Part shown: positions 40,401-52,832 of the stretch, in pieces
Layout of the letters: each line of letters starts with the position of its first letter
Numbering within the stretch: the first letter of the stretch is position 1
From: an uncultured Chloroflexia bacterium
Lineage (GTDB): Bacteria; Chloroflexota; Limnocylindria; QHBO01
Reading direction: 5' to 3'
Assembly (NCBI GenBank): GCA_963773695.1
Contig: CAVZCE010000004.1
Span: forward strand, 391,476 to 455,475
Length of the DNA stretch: 64,000 nucleotides
Notes under the pieces: model-generated
Databases searched by the model: none
What the model was told of the DNA's origin: nothing
Seen by the model: the letters and a program-made list of their open reading frames with translations, nothing else
Position numbers and translations under genes: made by a program

Positions 40401-40844
40401 GAGCAGGGCTACCAGATCGCGCTGCTGGCGGACATGTGCAACGAGTGCGGAACGTGCGTCACCGCCTGCCCCACGTCCGGCGCCCCGTATCGCGCCAAGC
40501 CGCGCCTCTACCTCGATCCCGACGAGTTCGAGGCCCAGGAGGCGAACGCCTTCCGGCTGCTCCCCGGCTCGGTCATCGAGGGGCGCTTCGCGGGGGCGAC
40601 GCACCGCCTCGAGCTCAACGGAGCCCTGCGCTACCGGGCACCGGGCGTGGAGGCGGTCCTGGACCCGCGAAGCCTGGCGCTGCTCGAGGCCGTCCCCTGG
40701 GGAGCGGTCGCCGGGGTGACCTACTCGCTCGAGCCGGCGGCGACCCTCGCCGTCCTGCTGGAGGGCCTGACGGCTTCCGCGCCGCACCTGCCGCGCGTCA
40801 GCCCGGCGCGCGGCACCTTCGTGGAGGCGCCGCGGTCGGACTGA
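37467..40844 (+). CDS. ygfK: YgfK-like multidomain Fe-S flavoprotein oxidoreductase (DPD-like TIM barrel + GltD-like NAD(P)H/FAD module + 2x[4Fe-4S])
   Basis: ATG at 37467 after AGAGGA, 1125 aa. Motifs present: GPHTQLAQNIVAAWLVGARVIELKTVQTLD...KPCIDVTDEGYNVEWSQE...FNMSVGYNFDGIQQP...LSTMHGCPPDEIE...KCNPTLLG...KLTNTL...YLSGRAL...SYAGGA. Cys clusters CIEAPCVDMC and VCDHLCEHTC. Dinucleotide folds VAIVGAGPSGL and VGVVGAGDTAMDCA. Ferredoxin motifs CLRCDQLCSLCVGVCP and CNECGTCVTACP. It matches my memory of E. coli YgfK block by block. Confidence 0.85.
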   Translation: MSDRFHPISMEQLTEWAFTELERRDSLFNVPRSAFFEPRPDHRYRLRELGVELETPFGVAAGPHTQLAQNIVAAWLVGARVIELKTVQTLDQIEVHKPCIDVTDEGYNVEWSQELRVHQSFDEYLRAWVLIHALHRRLGWPGERPGVLFNMSVGYNFDGIQQPNVQWYLDAMADAGAWLPGYVDIVARHEPGVRDIEIPTRLSDAVTLSTMHGCPPDEIERISSYLLEDRQLHTSVKCNPTLLGAERVRGIVNDDLGYADVHIPDEAFGHDLTWDAGIPMFRRLRDVAAARGLTFGLKLTNTLEVENSRTVFDSDPTMYLSGRALHAVTSNLASAIADELDGDLPLSYAGGADAFNVSALLAGGIRTITVASDLLKTGGYLRLLQYTEQTDAAFDEVGALDTADFVRRTASRNGFEGEAGAAARFNLRHYADAVRHDWRYLKASFRTDRSKTTRLLGAFDCIEAPCVDMCAIDQQVPRYMDAVGRGDVSDALRIVREDNPLPAVLGRVCDHLCEHTCVRTHLDQPLAIRQIKRFIMDREAADADAGSRSDAGAGRRVAIVGAGPSGLSAAEWLAHRGFAVTIFEAHAYPGGMVGGAIPAYRLPQAQIDQDLARLERLGVEIRYDMRAGVDVTVGSLLADGHEAVFVAIGAQVGRRLGLEGEDAAGIVDGIAFLRDVREGHPPAVGPRVGVVGAGDTAMDCARSALRVGAGAVSLVYRRTIDQMPADREEIHAIGEEGVEIVERARPVGLHIVDGRLAGLRCVRTEYRAERDASGRKVPFDLPGSEFEIELDTLILAISQHAALDCFGPTLPELNPAGYIGVDPDTLETSIPGVYAGGDVSSHGPASIVRAAADGKRAARAIAARLGVTDEPQADGDGIVDLQALVLRRGRRQYRQPVASTPLEERGGFAETVVGYTPEQAIVEAARCLRCDQLCSLCVGVCPNMALLTYEVAPRRATLPALTLDGDRLVPTGSVAFGVEQGYQIALLADMCNECGTCVTACPTSGAPYRAKPRLYLDPDEFEAQEANAFRLLPGSVIEGRFAGATHRLELNGALRYRAPGVEAVLDPRSLALLEAVPWGAVAGVTYSLEPAATLAVLLEGLTASAPHLPRVSPARGTFVEAPRSD

Positions 40845-40854
40845 GCGGGGCCGG

Positions 40855-42218
40855 CTACCGCCGGATGCCGGTGAAGAGCACCGCGACCCGCTCGCCGTCG
40901 CCGATCTCACCGCGGTCGCGAAGCGCCAGGAGACCTGCCAGACCGGAGGACCCGGTGGGGTCGACGTCGATCCCGGTCGCCTGCACGGCGAGCGCGTTCG
41001 CGCGCCGCAGGGTCTCCTCGTCCACGACGACGGTGCCGCCCCGGGTGCGGAGCAGGCCCTCGACGACGGCCACCCAGTCGTAGGTCTCGTCGTCCAGGAT
41101 GCCGTGCGCGATGCTGTGCGGCTCCTCCTCCCACGGCCACATGAACTCGGAGCGGTGGCGGGCCGCGTACGCCAGCGCCGCGTCGAGCTGCGCGGTCCCG
41201 GCCTCGTCCGGCAGCCGCCCCGCGACACGCTCGAACGCCCTGGGCAGCGGCCAGGCGCCGGCCGTCTGGACGGCATGGAAGCGGGGAACGCGATCCAGGC
41301 CTCCCAGCGCGTTCGCCTCCGCCAGCGACTCGAAGCAGGCGCTGGCCAGCGCCCCGCCGCCCACCTGGACGACGAGCCGATCCAGCGCAGGGCCGCCGGC
41401 GAGAGCGGCGGCCAGCTCGTAGCCCAGCGTGAAGCCGCCCTCGACCGCCAGTCCGTTCTCGTTGCCCTGGCAGGTGAAGGGCAGCGCGCCATCGGCGATC
41501 GCCGCGCGAAGGCGATGGTAGGTGGGATCGCCCGGCGCCCCGGGCTGGCGCGGGCAGACCTCGACGCGCGCGTCGAGGTCCCGGAGCCGGGCGACCACGA
41601 CGGGGTCCGCGTCAACCGGCACGAAGACGTCGAGCCGGCGCCTGCCGGCCGCCGCGACGACGGCCGCGGCGAGGGCGGCGTTGCCGCAGCTCGCGATGGC
41701 CAGCGAGGGGCGCGAGGACGCGTCGACGAGGCCGATCCGTTCGGCGACCTCGAGGTAGACGAGCAATCCGAAGAGGTGACGGGCCTTGTGGGAGCCCGAG
41801 ACGTTGCCGGTCTCGTCCTTCACCCAGACCCCGCCATCGGCGCCGAACCCGAGCCGGTCGCTCAGGAGGTCGGCTCGGGCGAACGGGGTGACCCGGAAGC
41901 CACGCCCGTCGACGGCCGCGATCCGTTCGTCGAGACCGGCGACCAGCTCGACGTACTCGCCATCGGCCATCCCGTGGCTTCGAGCCAGCTGGCAGGCATG
42001 GAAGAGGCCACGGTAGGTGACGTACGGCGACTCGTCGCCGCCGGCGGCTGCCGGCGGCGGATACTCCACCGCGGACGGCTCGAGGCGCCGGCGCAGGACG
42101 TGGTCGATGTCGTCGTCGCGGCCCGCGTTCGGGCAGCGGAACGGATACGGCTCCCCGGCTGCCGGCGAGGCGCCGCAGCCGGAGCAGACCAGGATCGACG
42201 CCGGTGCCGCCACGGCCT

Positions 42219-42222
<4 letters not shown>
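40855..42222 (-). CDS. threonine-synthase-like PLP-dependent (fold type II) enzyme with N-terminal Cys4 ribbon
   Basis: GTG at 42222 overlaps the stop of the upstream gene (GTGA). Ribbon CSGCG...FRCPNAG. PLP-lysine motif [14 protein letters not shown]. Glycine loop [10 protein letters not shown]. The rest of track ORF 40855..42876 is shadow. Confidence 0.75.
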
Positions 42223-43727
<1,505 letters not shown>

Positions 43728-43747
43728 GGTGGCGTACTCCCGTGTGG

Positions 43748-45133
43748 TTAGACGATGGCTGGCGTTGTGGATCCGATGCGGCGGGCGATCGCGTGGGCGT
43801 CCGCCGCCAAGGTGTCTTCATCGGCGGTGACGAGGACGCCGTCACGCACCACGTGACGGCCCTCGACGATGGAATCGCGAACCCTCCCCGGCCAGGCGAG
43901 GACCATACCGGCGACCGGATCCGCCTCGGTACCGGCCGCGGCGAGCCCGTGGACGTCGAACAGGGCAACGTCGCCTCGCTTCCCGGGTTCGAGCGAGCCG
44001 ATGTCGTCCCTTCCCAGGCACTCGGCGCCTCCTCGCGTCCCGAGCCAGAGCGCCTCGCGAGCGGACATGGCGCCCGGCCCGCCCCGCGAGCGAGCGACGA
44101 GCAGGGCCTGGCGGACCTCCCCCAGCAGGTGGCCGGCGTCGTTGGAGGCCGAGCCGTCGACTCCCAGGCCGACCGGGACGCCGGCGTCGAGGAGCTCCCG
44201 GACCCGGGCGGATCCGGACCCCAGGCGCAGGTTGGAGGTGGGGCAGTGGGCGACGGCGGTGCGCGTGGCGGCAAGCCTCGCCAGGTCGGCGTCGGAGAGG
44301 TGGACGGCGTGGGCCAGCCACACGTCGGCGCCCAGGAAGCCATGCTCATCGAGCAGCTCCACCGGGCGTCGACCGAACCGCTCCAGGCAGTAGGCCTCCT
44401 CGTCGGGCGTCTCCGCGATATGCGTGTGGAGCCGGACCCCCAGCCTCCGGGCGAGACTCGCCGATTCGCGCATGAGGTCCGCGCTGGCGGAGAAGGGCGA
44501 GCAGGGTGCGACGGCGATGCGCACCATCGCCCCGGGTGCGGGGTCGTGGAAGGTGGCGACCGCGTCCTCGGTCTCGGCCAGGATCCGGTCTGCCGCCTGG
44601 ACGACCCGGTCGGGCGGCAGGCCGCCCCGGGACGTGCCCAGGTCCATGGAGCCGCGGCAGGCATGGAAACGCAGCCCCACGTCGGAGGCGGCCGCGATCT
44701 GCGCTGCGAGCAGGTCGCCGGTCCCGTCGGGGAAGACGTAGTGATGGTCGCTCGACGTCGTGCAGCCGGAAAGCGCGAGCTCGGCCAAACCGGCCCGTGT
44801 GGCGACGCGAACCCACTCGGCGTCGAGCTGCGCCCAGAGCGGGTAGAGCTCGGTCAGCCAGTCGAACAGGCCGCGCTCCTGTGCCCGGGCCCGGGTCAGG
44901 ACCTGGAACAGGTGGTGATGGGTGTTCACCAGGCCGGGGATGGCGACACAGCCGCGGCCGTCGAGCACGTCGCCATCGGTCCATCCCGGCGGGCGGCCCC
45001 GTCCCACCCAGCGGATGATGCCGTCCCGGACCAGGATGGAGGCACCCGGCAGCTCGCTGCGCTGGCCGTCCATGGTGACCACGACGTCGCAGTCGGCCAC
45101 GAGGAGCGAGCCTCCCGGCGGCAGCGCCGTCAC
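43748..45133 (-). CDS. ATZ/TRZ-family amidohydrolase (8-oxoguanine/isoxanthopterin-deaminase-like)
   Basis: GTG at 45133 follows GAGGA, 1 nt after the xdhD-like stop. Motifs present: [17 protein letters not shown]...[12 protein letters not shown]...[14 protein letters not shown]...RFHACRGSM...HTHIAET...AHAVHL...[12 protein letters not shown]...GVDGSASND. Confidence 0.8.
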   Translation of the reverse strand: MTALPPGGSLLVADCDVVVTMDGQRSELPGASILVRDGIIRWVGRGRPPGWTDGDVLDGRGCVAIPGLVNTHHHLFQVLTRARAQERGLFDWLTELYPLWAQLDAEWVRVATRAGLAELALSGCTTSSDHHYVFPDGTGDLLAAQIAAASDVGLRFHACRGSMDLGTSRGGLPPDRVVQAADRILAETEDAVATFHDPAPGAMVRIAVAPCSPFSASADLMRESASLARRLGVRLHTHIAETPDEEAYCLERFGRRPVELLDEHGFLGADVWLAHAVHLSDADLARLAATRTAVAHCPTSNLRLGSGSARVRELLDAGVPVGLGVDGSASNDAGHLLGEVRQALLVARSRGGPGAMSAREALWLGTRGGAECLGRDDIGSLEPGKRGDVALFDVHGLAAAGTEADPVAGMVLAWPGRVRDSIVEGRHVVRDGVLVTADEDTLAADAHAIARRIGSTTPAIV

Positions 45134-45134
45134 C

Positions 45135-47801
<2,667 letters not shown>

Positions 47802-47808
47802 GGCTAGA

Positions 47809-48747
47809 TCACCGGACGATCCGGGTCCCGGCCTCGCCGTCCAGGGCGCGCTCCAGGTTCTCCGGGCTGGTGATGATCGCCTCCGAGCCGCCCCGCTCCA
47901 GGAACCCGACGCAGGCCGCGATCTTGGGCGCCATGCTTCCCGACGCGAAGTGCGTCCCCTCGGCGAGATAGCCCTTCGCCTCGTCGAGCGTCAGCCGCTC
48001 GACCCAGCGCTGCTCCGGCTTGCCCCAGTCGAGCGCGACGCGCTCCACCGCGGTGCTGATCATGAAGACGTCGGCCTCGACGCAGGTGGCGAGCAGCGAG
48101 GAGGCGAAGTCCTTGTCGATGACCGCCGCCACGCCGCGCAGGTCCCCGTGCTCGTCCGCGACGACCGGGATCCCGCCGCCGCCCACGGTGATCGCCACGT
48201 AGCCGTCGCGAAGCAGGGCCTTGACGGCGCCCTCCTCCACGATGCGCAGCGGAATGGGTGATGCAACCACGCGGCGCCAGCCGCGCCCGGCGTCCTCGCG
48301 GACGTCCCAGCCCTCGTCCCGGCGCCGCATGGCCTGCGCCTCGTCCATGAACGAGCCGATGGGCTTGGAAGGGTTCTGGAAGGCGGCGTCGTCCGCCGCC
48401 ACCTCGACCTGGGTCACCACCGTGACCGCCTGCCTGTCGAGGCCCAGCTTGCGGAAGTCGTGCCCGAGGTTCTGCTGGAGCTCGTAGCCGATCGCCCCCT
48501 GGCTGTCCGCGTTGCAGACGTCCAGCGGGACCTCGTGGAGCTCGTGCGCGGCGAGCTCCGAGCGACGAAGGATGAAGCCGACCTGCGGGCCGTTCCCGTG
48601 GCCGATGGCGACATCCCAGCCGTCCCGGATGATCCGCGCGATGTGGCCGCTCGTCTCGCCCAGGGCCTTGTACTGGTCCGGGACGCTCATGTGCTGCGGA
48701 TCGCGGATGAGCGAGTTGCCGCCGATGGCGACGACGAGCCTGCTCAT
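47809..48747 (-). CDS. arcC: carbamate kinase
   Basis: This is the C-terminal 312 aa of the track ORF, starting MSRLVVAIGGNSL (ATG 48747, ATGA overlap). Motifs present: GHGNGPQVG, KPIG, GGGGIPV, VIDKDFASSLLA, GSMAPKI. Confidence 0.9.
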   Translation of the reverse strand: MSRLVVAIGGNSLIRDPQHMSVPDQYKALGETSGHIARIIRDGWDVAIGHGNGPQVGFILRRSELAAHELHEVPLDVCNADSQGAIGYELQQNLGHDFRKLGLDRQAVTVVTQVEVAADDAAFQNPSKPIGSFMDEAQAMRRRDEGWDVREDAGRGWRRVVASPIPLRIVEEGAVKALLRDGYVAITVGGGGIPVVADEHGDLRGVAAVIDKDFASSLLATCVEADVFMISTAVERVALDWGKPEQRWVERLTLDEAKGYLAEGTHFASGSMAPKIAACVGFLERGGSEAIITSPENLERALDGEAGTRIVR

Positions 48748-49721
48748 CGCATCACCAGGGCCATCACGGCCTTCTGCGCGTGGAGGCGGTTCTCCGCCTC
48801 GTCGTACACCACCGAGTGCGGGCCGTCGATGACGGCATCGGCCACCTCGACGTTGCGGTCCGCCGGCAGCGGGTGCATGAAGACCGATTCCGGCTTGGCG
48901 AGGGCCATGCGGCGCTCGTCGGTGATCCAGTCGGTGTACTTCGCCGCGATGGCGGCGCCATCGGTCTCGTCCTTCGCGGTGAGCATGGCACCCCAGCTCT
49001 TGGCGTAGACGACATCGGCCCCGTGGAAGCCGGCGTCGAAGTCGTCGATCTGCTCGAAGGAGCCGCCGGAGGCCTTCGCGTTCTGCGCGGCCTCGTCCAC
49101 GATCTCCGGCATGAGCCTGAACTCCGGCGGGTGGACGAGCCGCACGTTCATCCCGAAACGGGTGGCGAGCAGGATGAGGTCCTGGGGCACGCTGATCGGC
49201 TTCTGGTAGCTCGAGGCGTAGGCCCACGACACGGTGATGGTCCTGCCGCGCGGGTCGCCGAACTTCTCGCGAATGGTGAGCAGGTCGGCGAGGGTCTGGT
49301 GCGGGTGGTACAGGTCGCACTGCATGTTCAGCACGGGCACCCGCGAGGCCTCCGCGACCTCGCGGATGTACGTGTTGCCCACGCCCCAGTCCACGTTGCG
49401 GATGGCGATCCCGTCGTTGTAGCGGCCCAGGATCTCGCCGATCTCGGTGGCGGTGTCGCCGTGGGCGATCTGCGTCGTCCGGCTCTCGATGAACTGCGCG
49501 TGCCCGCCCAGCTGGGCCATGCCCGCCTCGAAGCTGGCACGCGTGCGGGTGGAGCTGAAGAAGAAGAGCATGGCGAGCACCTTGTCGCGCAGCAGCGGGT
49601 GGGGAATCCCCAGGGCCCGCTCGCGCTTCAGCTGCTCGGCGACCTCCAGGACGGTCTCGATCTCCTCCTTGGTCCAGTCCGAGAGGCTGATGAGGTCTCG
49701 ACCGCGAAGTCCGGTCTGCAT
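48744..49721 (-). CDS. ygeW: YgeW-like (knotted, catabolic-type) carbamoyltransferase
   Basis: 325 aa with SSTRTRASF, TQIAHGDT, NMQCDLYHPHQTLADL, VSWAYASSYQKPISVPQ, ATRFGMNV, NAKASGGSF, DVVYAKSWG and MHPLPA. From memory, these parallel E. coli YgeW blocks (NSTRTRFS, SQIAHGET, WAYSPSYGKPLSVPQ, NAKASGGSF), but this protein is shorter. Confidence 0.8.
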   Translation of the reverse strand: MQTGLRGRDLISLSDWTKEEIETVLEVAEQLKRERALGIPHPLLRDKVLAMLFFFSSTRTRASFEAGMAQLGGHAQFIESRTTQIAHGDTATEIGEILGRYNDGIAIRNVDWGVGNTYIREVAEASRVPVLNMQCDLYHPHQTLADLLTIREKFGDPRGRTITVSWAYASSYQKPISVPQDLILLATRFGMNVRLVHPPEFRLMPEIVDEAAQNAKASGGSFEQIDDFDAGFHGADVVYAKSWGAMLTAKDETDGAAIAAKYTDWITDERRMALAKPESVFMHPLPADRNVEVADAVIDGPHSVVYDEAENRLHAQKAVMALVMR

Positions 49722-49734
49722 CTGCGTGTCCCCC

Positions 49735-50688
49735 TTACTCGGCCGCGCCCAGGACCAGGCTCAGGAGCGCCATCCGCAGCGGCACCCCGTTGAAAGCCTC
49801 GACCCAGTAGCGCTGGTGACGCGTCTCGTCGACGTCCGCGGGCAGCTCGTCCATGCGCGGCAGCGAGTGCAGGATGATCGAGCTGCGCTTCGCCTCGTCG
49901 CGCAGGAGCTCCCGGGTGACGCGGTAGGCCTCCGGGGTGCGCCCGGTCTCCCCGCCGCGCTCCACGCGCGACTGCGTGTAGTCCGCCTGGACCACCGGCT
50001 CCATGTAGATGACGTCCGCCTCGCCGATGGCCTCGGCCACACTGTCCGCCACCCGGTACACCACGTTGAGCTGGTCGAGCTCCGCGGTGAACTCCGGCAG
50101 GAGGCTCATCTCCGGCGGGCTGACCACGATGGCCTCCGCGTCGAACTGGGAGAGGGCGTAGAGGATGGAGTGCATGGTCCGCATGCGCATGTCGCCCACG
50201 AGCAGGAACTTCAGCCCGTCGAGGGTCCCGAGCTCGGACCAGATGGTGTAGAGGTCGGTGAGGACCTGGGTCGGGTGCTCGCCCCAGCCGTCGCCGCAGT
50301 TGATGACCGGGACGCTTGCCCAGCGCGCCGCCTCGGCCGGTGCTCCCTGCTGGAAGTGGCGGATGGCGATGACGTCGCCGTAGTACTCCAGCATGTGGAA
50401 GGTGTCCTTGATCGACTCCTGGTAGAAGTCGCCGGCACGCGTCATCTTCGCGTCGCTGAAGCCCAGGACGTGGCCGCCCAGCCGGTGCATGGCGGCCTCG
50501 GTGGAGAGGCGGGTGCGGGTCGACGGCTGGTAGAAGGCGGTGAGGAGCGTCTTGCCCTTGAGGAGATCGGTGTTGCGCCGATCCCGCGCGAACTCCTTCA
50601 GGTCCTCCGCGACGCCGAAGACGCGGAAGAACTCGTCCCGGCTGAAGTCCTTCAGCGAGAGGATGTCGCGACCGATGAAGCTGCGCAT
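49735..50688 (-). CDS. aspartate-carbamoyltransferase-like (PyrB-like) carbamoyltransferase with a divergent second-substrate loop
   Basis: 317 aa with QPSTRTRLS, RH, GDGWGEHPTQ, LVGDMRMRT and HSLPR. The canonical ATCase segment S(S)xxKGE(S/T)xxDT is replaced by SDAKMTRAGDFYQESIKDT. Confidence 0.75.
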   Translation of the reverse strand: MRSFIGRDILSLKDFSRDEFFRVFGVAEDLKEFARDRRNTDLLKGKTLLTAFYQPSTRTRLSTEAAMHRLGGHVLGFSDAKMTRAGDFYQESIKDTFHMLEYYGDVIAIRHFQQGAPAEAARWASVPVINCGDGWGEHPTQVLTDLYTIWSELGTLDGLKFLLVGDMRMRTMHSILYALSQFDAEAIVVSPPEMSLLPEFTAELDQLNVVYRVADSVAEAIGEADVIYMEPVVQADYTQSRVERGGETGRTPEAYRVTRELLRDEAKRSSIILHSLPRMDELPADVDETRHQRYWVEAFNGVPLRMALLSLVLGAAE

Positions 50689-50756
50689 GGGTTCCTGAAC
50701 CTCCTACAGGGCGCCGGATCGCACGATGCGTCCGGGCGTGATGCCGATTGCCCTCG

Positions 50757-51605
50757 TCATGCGTGGAGCGCGAGCTGGTTCACGCGCCGGATGACGTGGA
50801 AACTGAAGTGGCCCGGGGTGAAGTAGCTGGTCGAGTAGTCGACGACCCGCCCGTCCATGGCGTAGAGCTGCGCGGTGAACTTCAGCAGGGGGTCGCCCGC
50901 GCGAATCCTGAGCCGCCGCGTGAGCTCGGGCCCGGCGGCCTCCGCGGACAGGCGGGTGTACGAATTGCGGAGCGGCGGATCGCCGCGCCGCAGCAGCAGA
51001 TCGAGGACGGAGCCGCCGAATCCGTCCTGCAGGTCGCCCGGATCGAGGATGTCGGTCGGGACGACATCGACGAGATACGCGATCGGGAGCTCTCCGGTGA
51101 GGATGACACGCTGGACCGTGTAGACCGCGGTGCCCTCCTCCGTCCCCAGGTGCTCGGCTTCGCTGGCCCCGGCGACCCGTTCGTCAAGCTGGAGATCGCC
51201 CATGTGGATCTCGACGCCGATGCGCTCGGCCAGGGTCTCGATGCTCTCCAGCTCCTCCAGGCCCGCCTCCATGAGCGGCATGCCGGGGCTGAGGAAGGTG
51301 CCGATGCCGTGGCGGCGAACGATCATCCCGCCCTGCTCGAGCTGTGAGAGCGCCTCCCGGAGCGTCGCGCGGCTGACCCCCAGCCGCTGGCTGAGGACCG
51401 CCTCGGAAGGCAGCAGACCGCCGGCGCCCGCAAGCGTGCCGGACTGGATACCGGCGATGAGCTCGAGGGCGGCGCGCCTCGCAAGCGTGGGACCGCGCCG
51501 CACCAGCGGCGTCCCGTCCGTCCAGGGATCCGCCTTTTCCGCCAGGTCGTCAACGAACTGCCGGATCGTCGGCCGCTGGTCGTTCGCTCGCCGGACGTTA
51601 GTCAT
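50757..51605 (-). CDS. GntR-family transcriptional regulator, HutC subfamily (UTRA effector domain)
   Basis: ATG at 51605 (MTNVRRAND...). wHTH LPSEAVLSQRLGVSRATLREALSQLEQGGMIVRRHGIGTFL. A UTRA-like C-terminus follows. The upstream part of track ORF 50757..51944 is rejected. Confidence 0.85.
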   Translation of the reverse strand: MTNVRRANDQRPTIRQFVDDLAEKADPWTDGTPLVRRGPTLARRAALELIAGIQSGTLAGAGGLLPSEAVLSQRLGVSRATLREALSQLEQGGMIVRRHGIGTFLSPGMPLMEAGLEELESIETLAERIGVEIHMGDLQLDERVAGASEAEHLGTEEGTAVYTVQRVILTGELPIAYLVDVVPTDILDPGDLQDGFGGSVLDLLLRRGDPPLRNSYTRLSAEAAGPELTRRLRIRAGDPLLKFTAQLYAMDGRVVDYSTSYFTPGHFSFHVIRRVNQLALHA

Positions 51606-51612
51606 CTGACGT
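51596..51612. promoter_or_regulatory. operator-like site C, overlapping the gntR start codon
   Basis: The plus strand reads CGTTAGTCATCTGACGT. The minus strand reads GACGTCAGATGACTAAC, with the gntR ATG embedded. This is the same 15-mer as site B. Confidence 0.5.
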
Positions 51613-52041
51613 CTTCTCCCATATCCCCGAGGGACGGACCAGTGCCGTTTGGCCCGTTTCGCTCCAGGGAGCAGGCGCGTCACACCGATGCGCGGCACCG
51701 CCGGCGAGGACTGCCGGACTCGCGCCTCTTCGCCGAATACGGTTGGCGCCCCGACCCGCCAACTTGACCCGCACCCAACGGGGATTCCACAGTGGCCCGA
51801 TTCAGGCAGTCGCGACCAAAGTGAGGAGCCCAAGCCCCATGGACCGCGACGATCCGGCCTACCGCGGGTCGAGCTCGAGACCGTCGGCTCGATGGCGCTC
51901 TTTGCCGCCTCCCGTCCGCGCACGCCCGGGCCTGCCGCCGCCACCGGATAGCGGCCGATACAGGCCGGGCCCCGTTGGGGACGAGGGCCGGGCGCGCAGG
52001 CCGAGCCGCAGGTCCGGCAACGGCACGGCTACCGTAACGAG

Positions 52042-52770
52042 GTGATCGATCCGGCCCCGCTCGTCCTGCTCGTCCTCGCCGCCCTCGTCGCCAGCACGCT
52101 GGCCGCGGTCGCCGGCTTCGGCGGGGCGGCGGTCCTGCTGCCGGTGCTGGTGGCGGTCTTCGGGGTGCGTGCCGCGATCCCCATCCTCACCGTGGCCCAG
52201 CTGATCGGCAACGGCAGCCGGGTCTGGTTCAACCGTGCCGAGGTCGACGCGCGGCTGGTCGGCTGGTTCGCGATCGGCGCCGTGCCGCTGGCCCTGGCAG
52301 GCGGCTTCCTGTTCGCCGCCGCTCCTCTGTCGGCCCTGACCCGGCTCCTCGGTGCGTTCCTGCTCGGCGTCGTCGCCTGGCGGCACCTCCACCCCGGTCC
52401 ACCGCGACATGTGCCGCGCGCCGCGTTCGCACCGATCGGCGCCGTCTCCAGCTTCCTCTCGGCGCTGCTCGGCAGCGTCGGCCCGCTGATGGCGCCCTTC
52501 TTCCTGGCCGCCGGGCTGGTCAAGGGCGCGTACATCGGCACCGAGGCCGCCTCCACCGTCGTCATGCACGTGGCGAAACTGGTCGCCTACGGCACCAGCG
52601 GGGTGCTCTCCGGCTCCGGGACGCTCACCGGTCTCGCGCTGGGACCGTTCATGGTCGCCGGCTCCTTCGCCGGGAAGCGGATCGTCGACCGCCTCCCGGA
52701 GCGCGTCTTCGTCCTCGTCATCGAGGCCGTCCTGGTCGTCGCCGGTGTCGCCTTCCTGATCGGCGGCTGA
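52042..52770 (+). CDS. TauE/SafE-family sulfite/anion exporter
   Basis: 242-aa polytopic ORF. LAAVAGFGGAAVLLPVL and the repeated half are typical of TauE/SafE. Confidence 0.8.
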   Translation: MIDPAPLVLLVLAALVASTLAAVAGFGGAAVLLPVLVAVFGVRAAIPILTVAQLIGNGSRVWFNRAEVDARLVGWFAIGAVPLALAGGFLFAAAPLSALTRLLGAFLLGVVAWRHLHPGPPRHVPRAAFAPIGAVSSFLSALLGSVGPLMAPFFLAAGLVKGAYIGTEAASTVVMHVAKLVAYGTSGVLSGSGTLTGLALGPFMVAGSFAGKRIVDRLPERVFVLVIEAVLVVAGVAFLIGG

Positions 52771-52832
52771 GTCAGATCCCGAGCAGGCGACGGAGCAGCG
52801 CGTCGTCGTCGGACCGGGCCTCACGCTGGCAC

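Noticed and set aside
37305-41615. Very long antisense or out-of-frame ORFs. Examples are the 1436-aa ORF at 37305..41615 (-), the 961-aa ORF at 44922..47807 (+), 5633..7072 (-), 129..995 (-), 7730..8755 (-) and 42204..43751 (+), among many others.
   Set aside because: Their composition is dominated by Arg/Pro/Gly/Ala/His with no recognisable motifs. Each lies opposite, or out of frame with, a gene that has clear family signatures. These are typical shadow ORFs of very GC-rich DNA.
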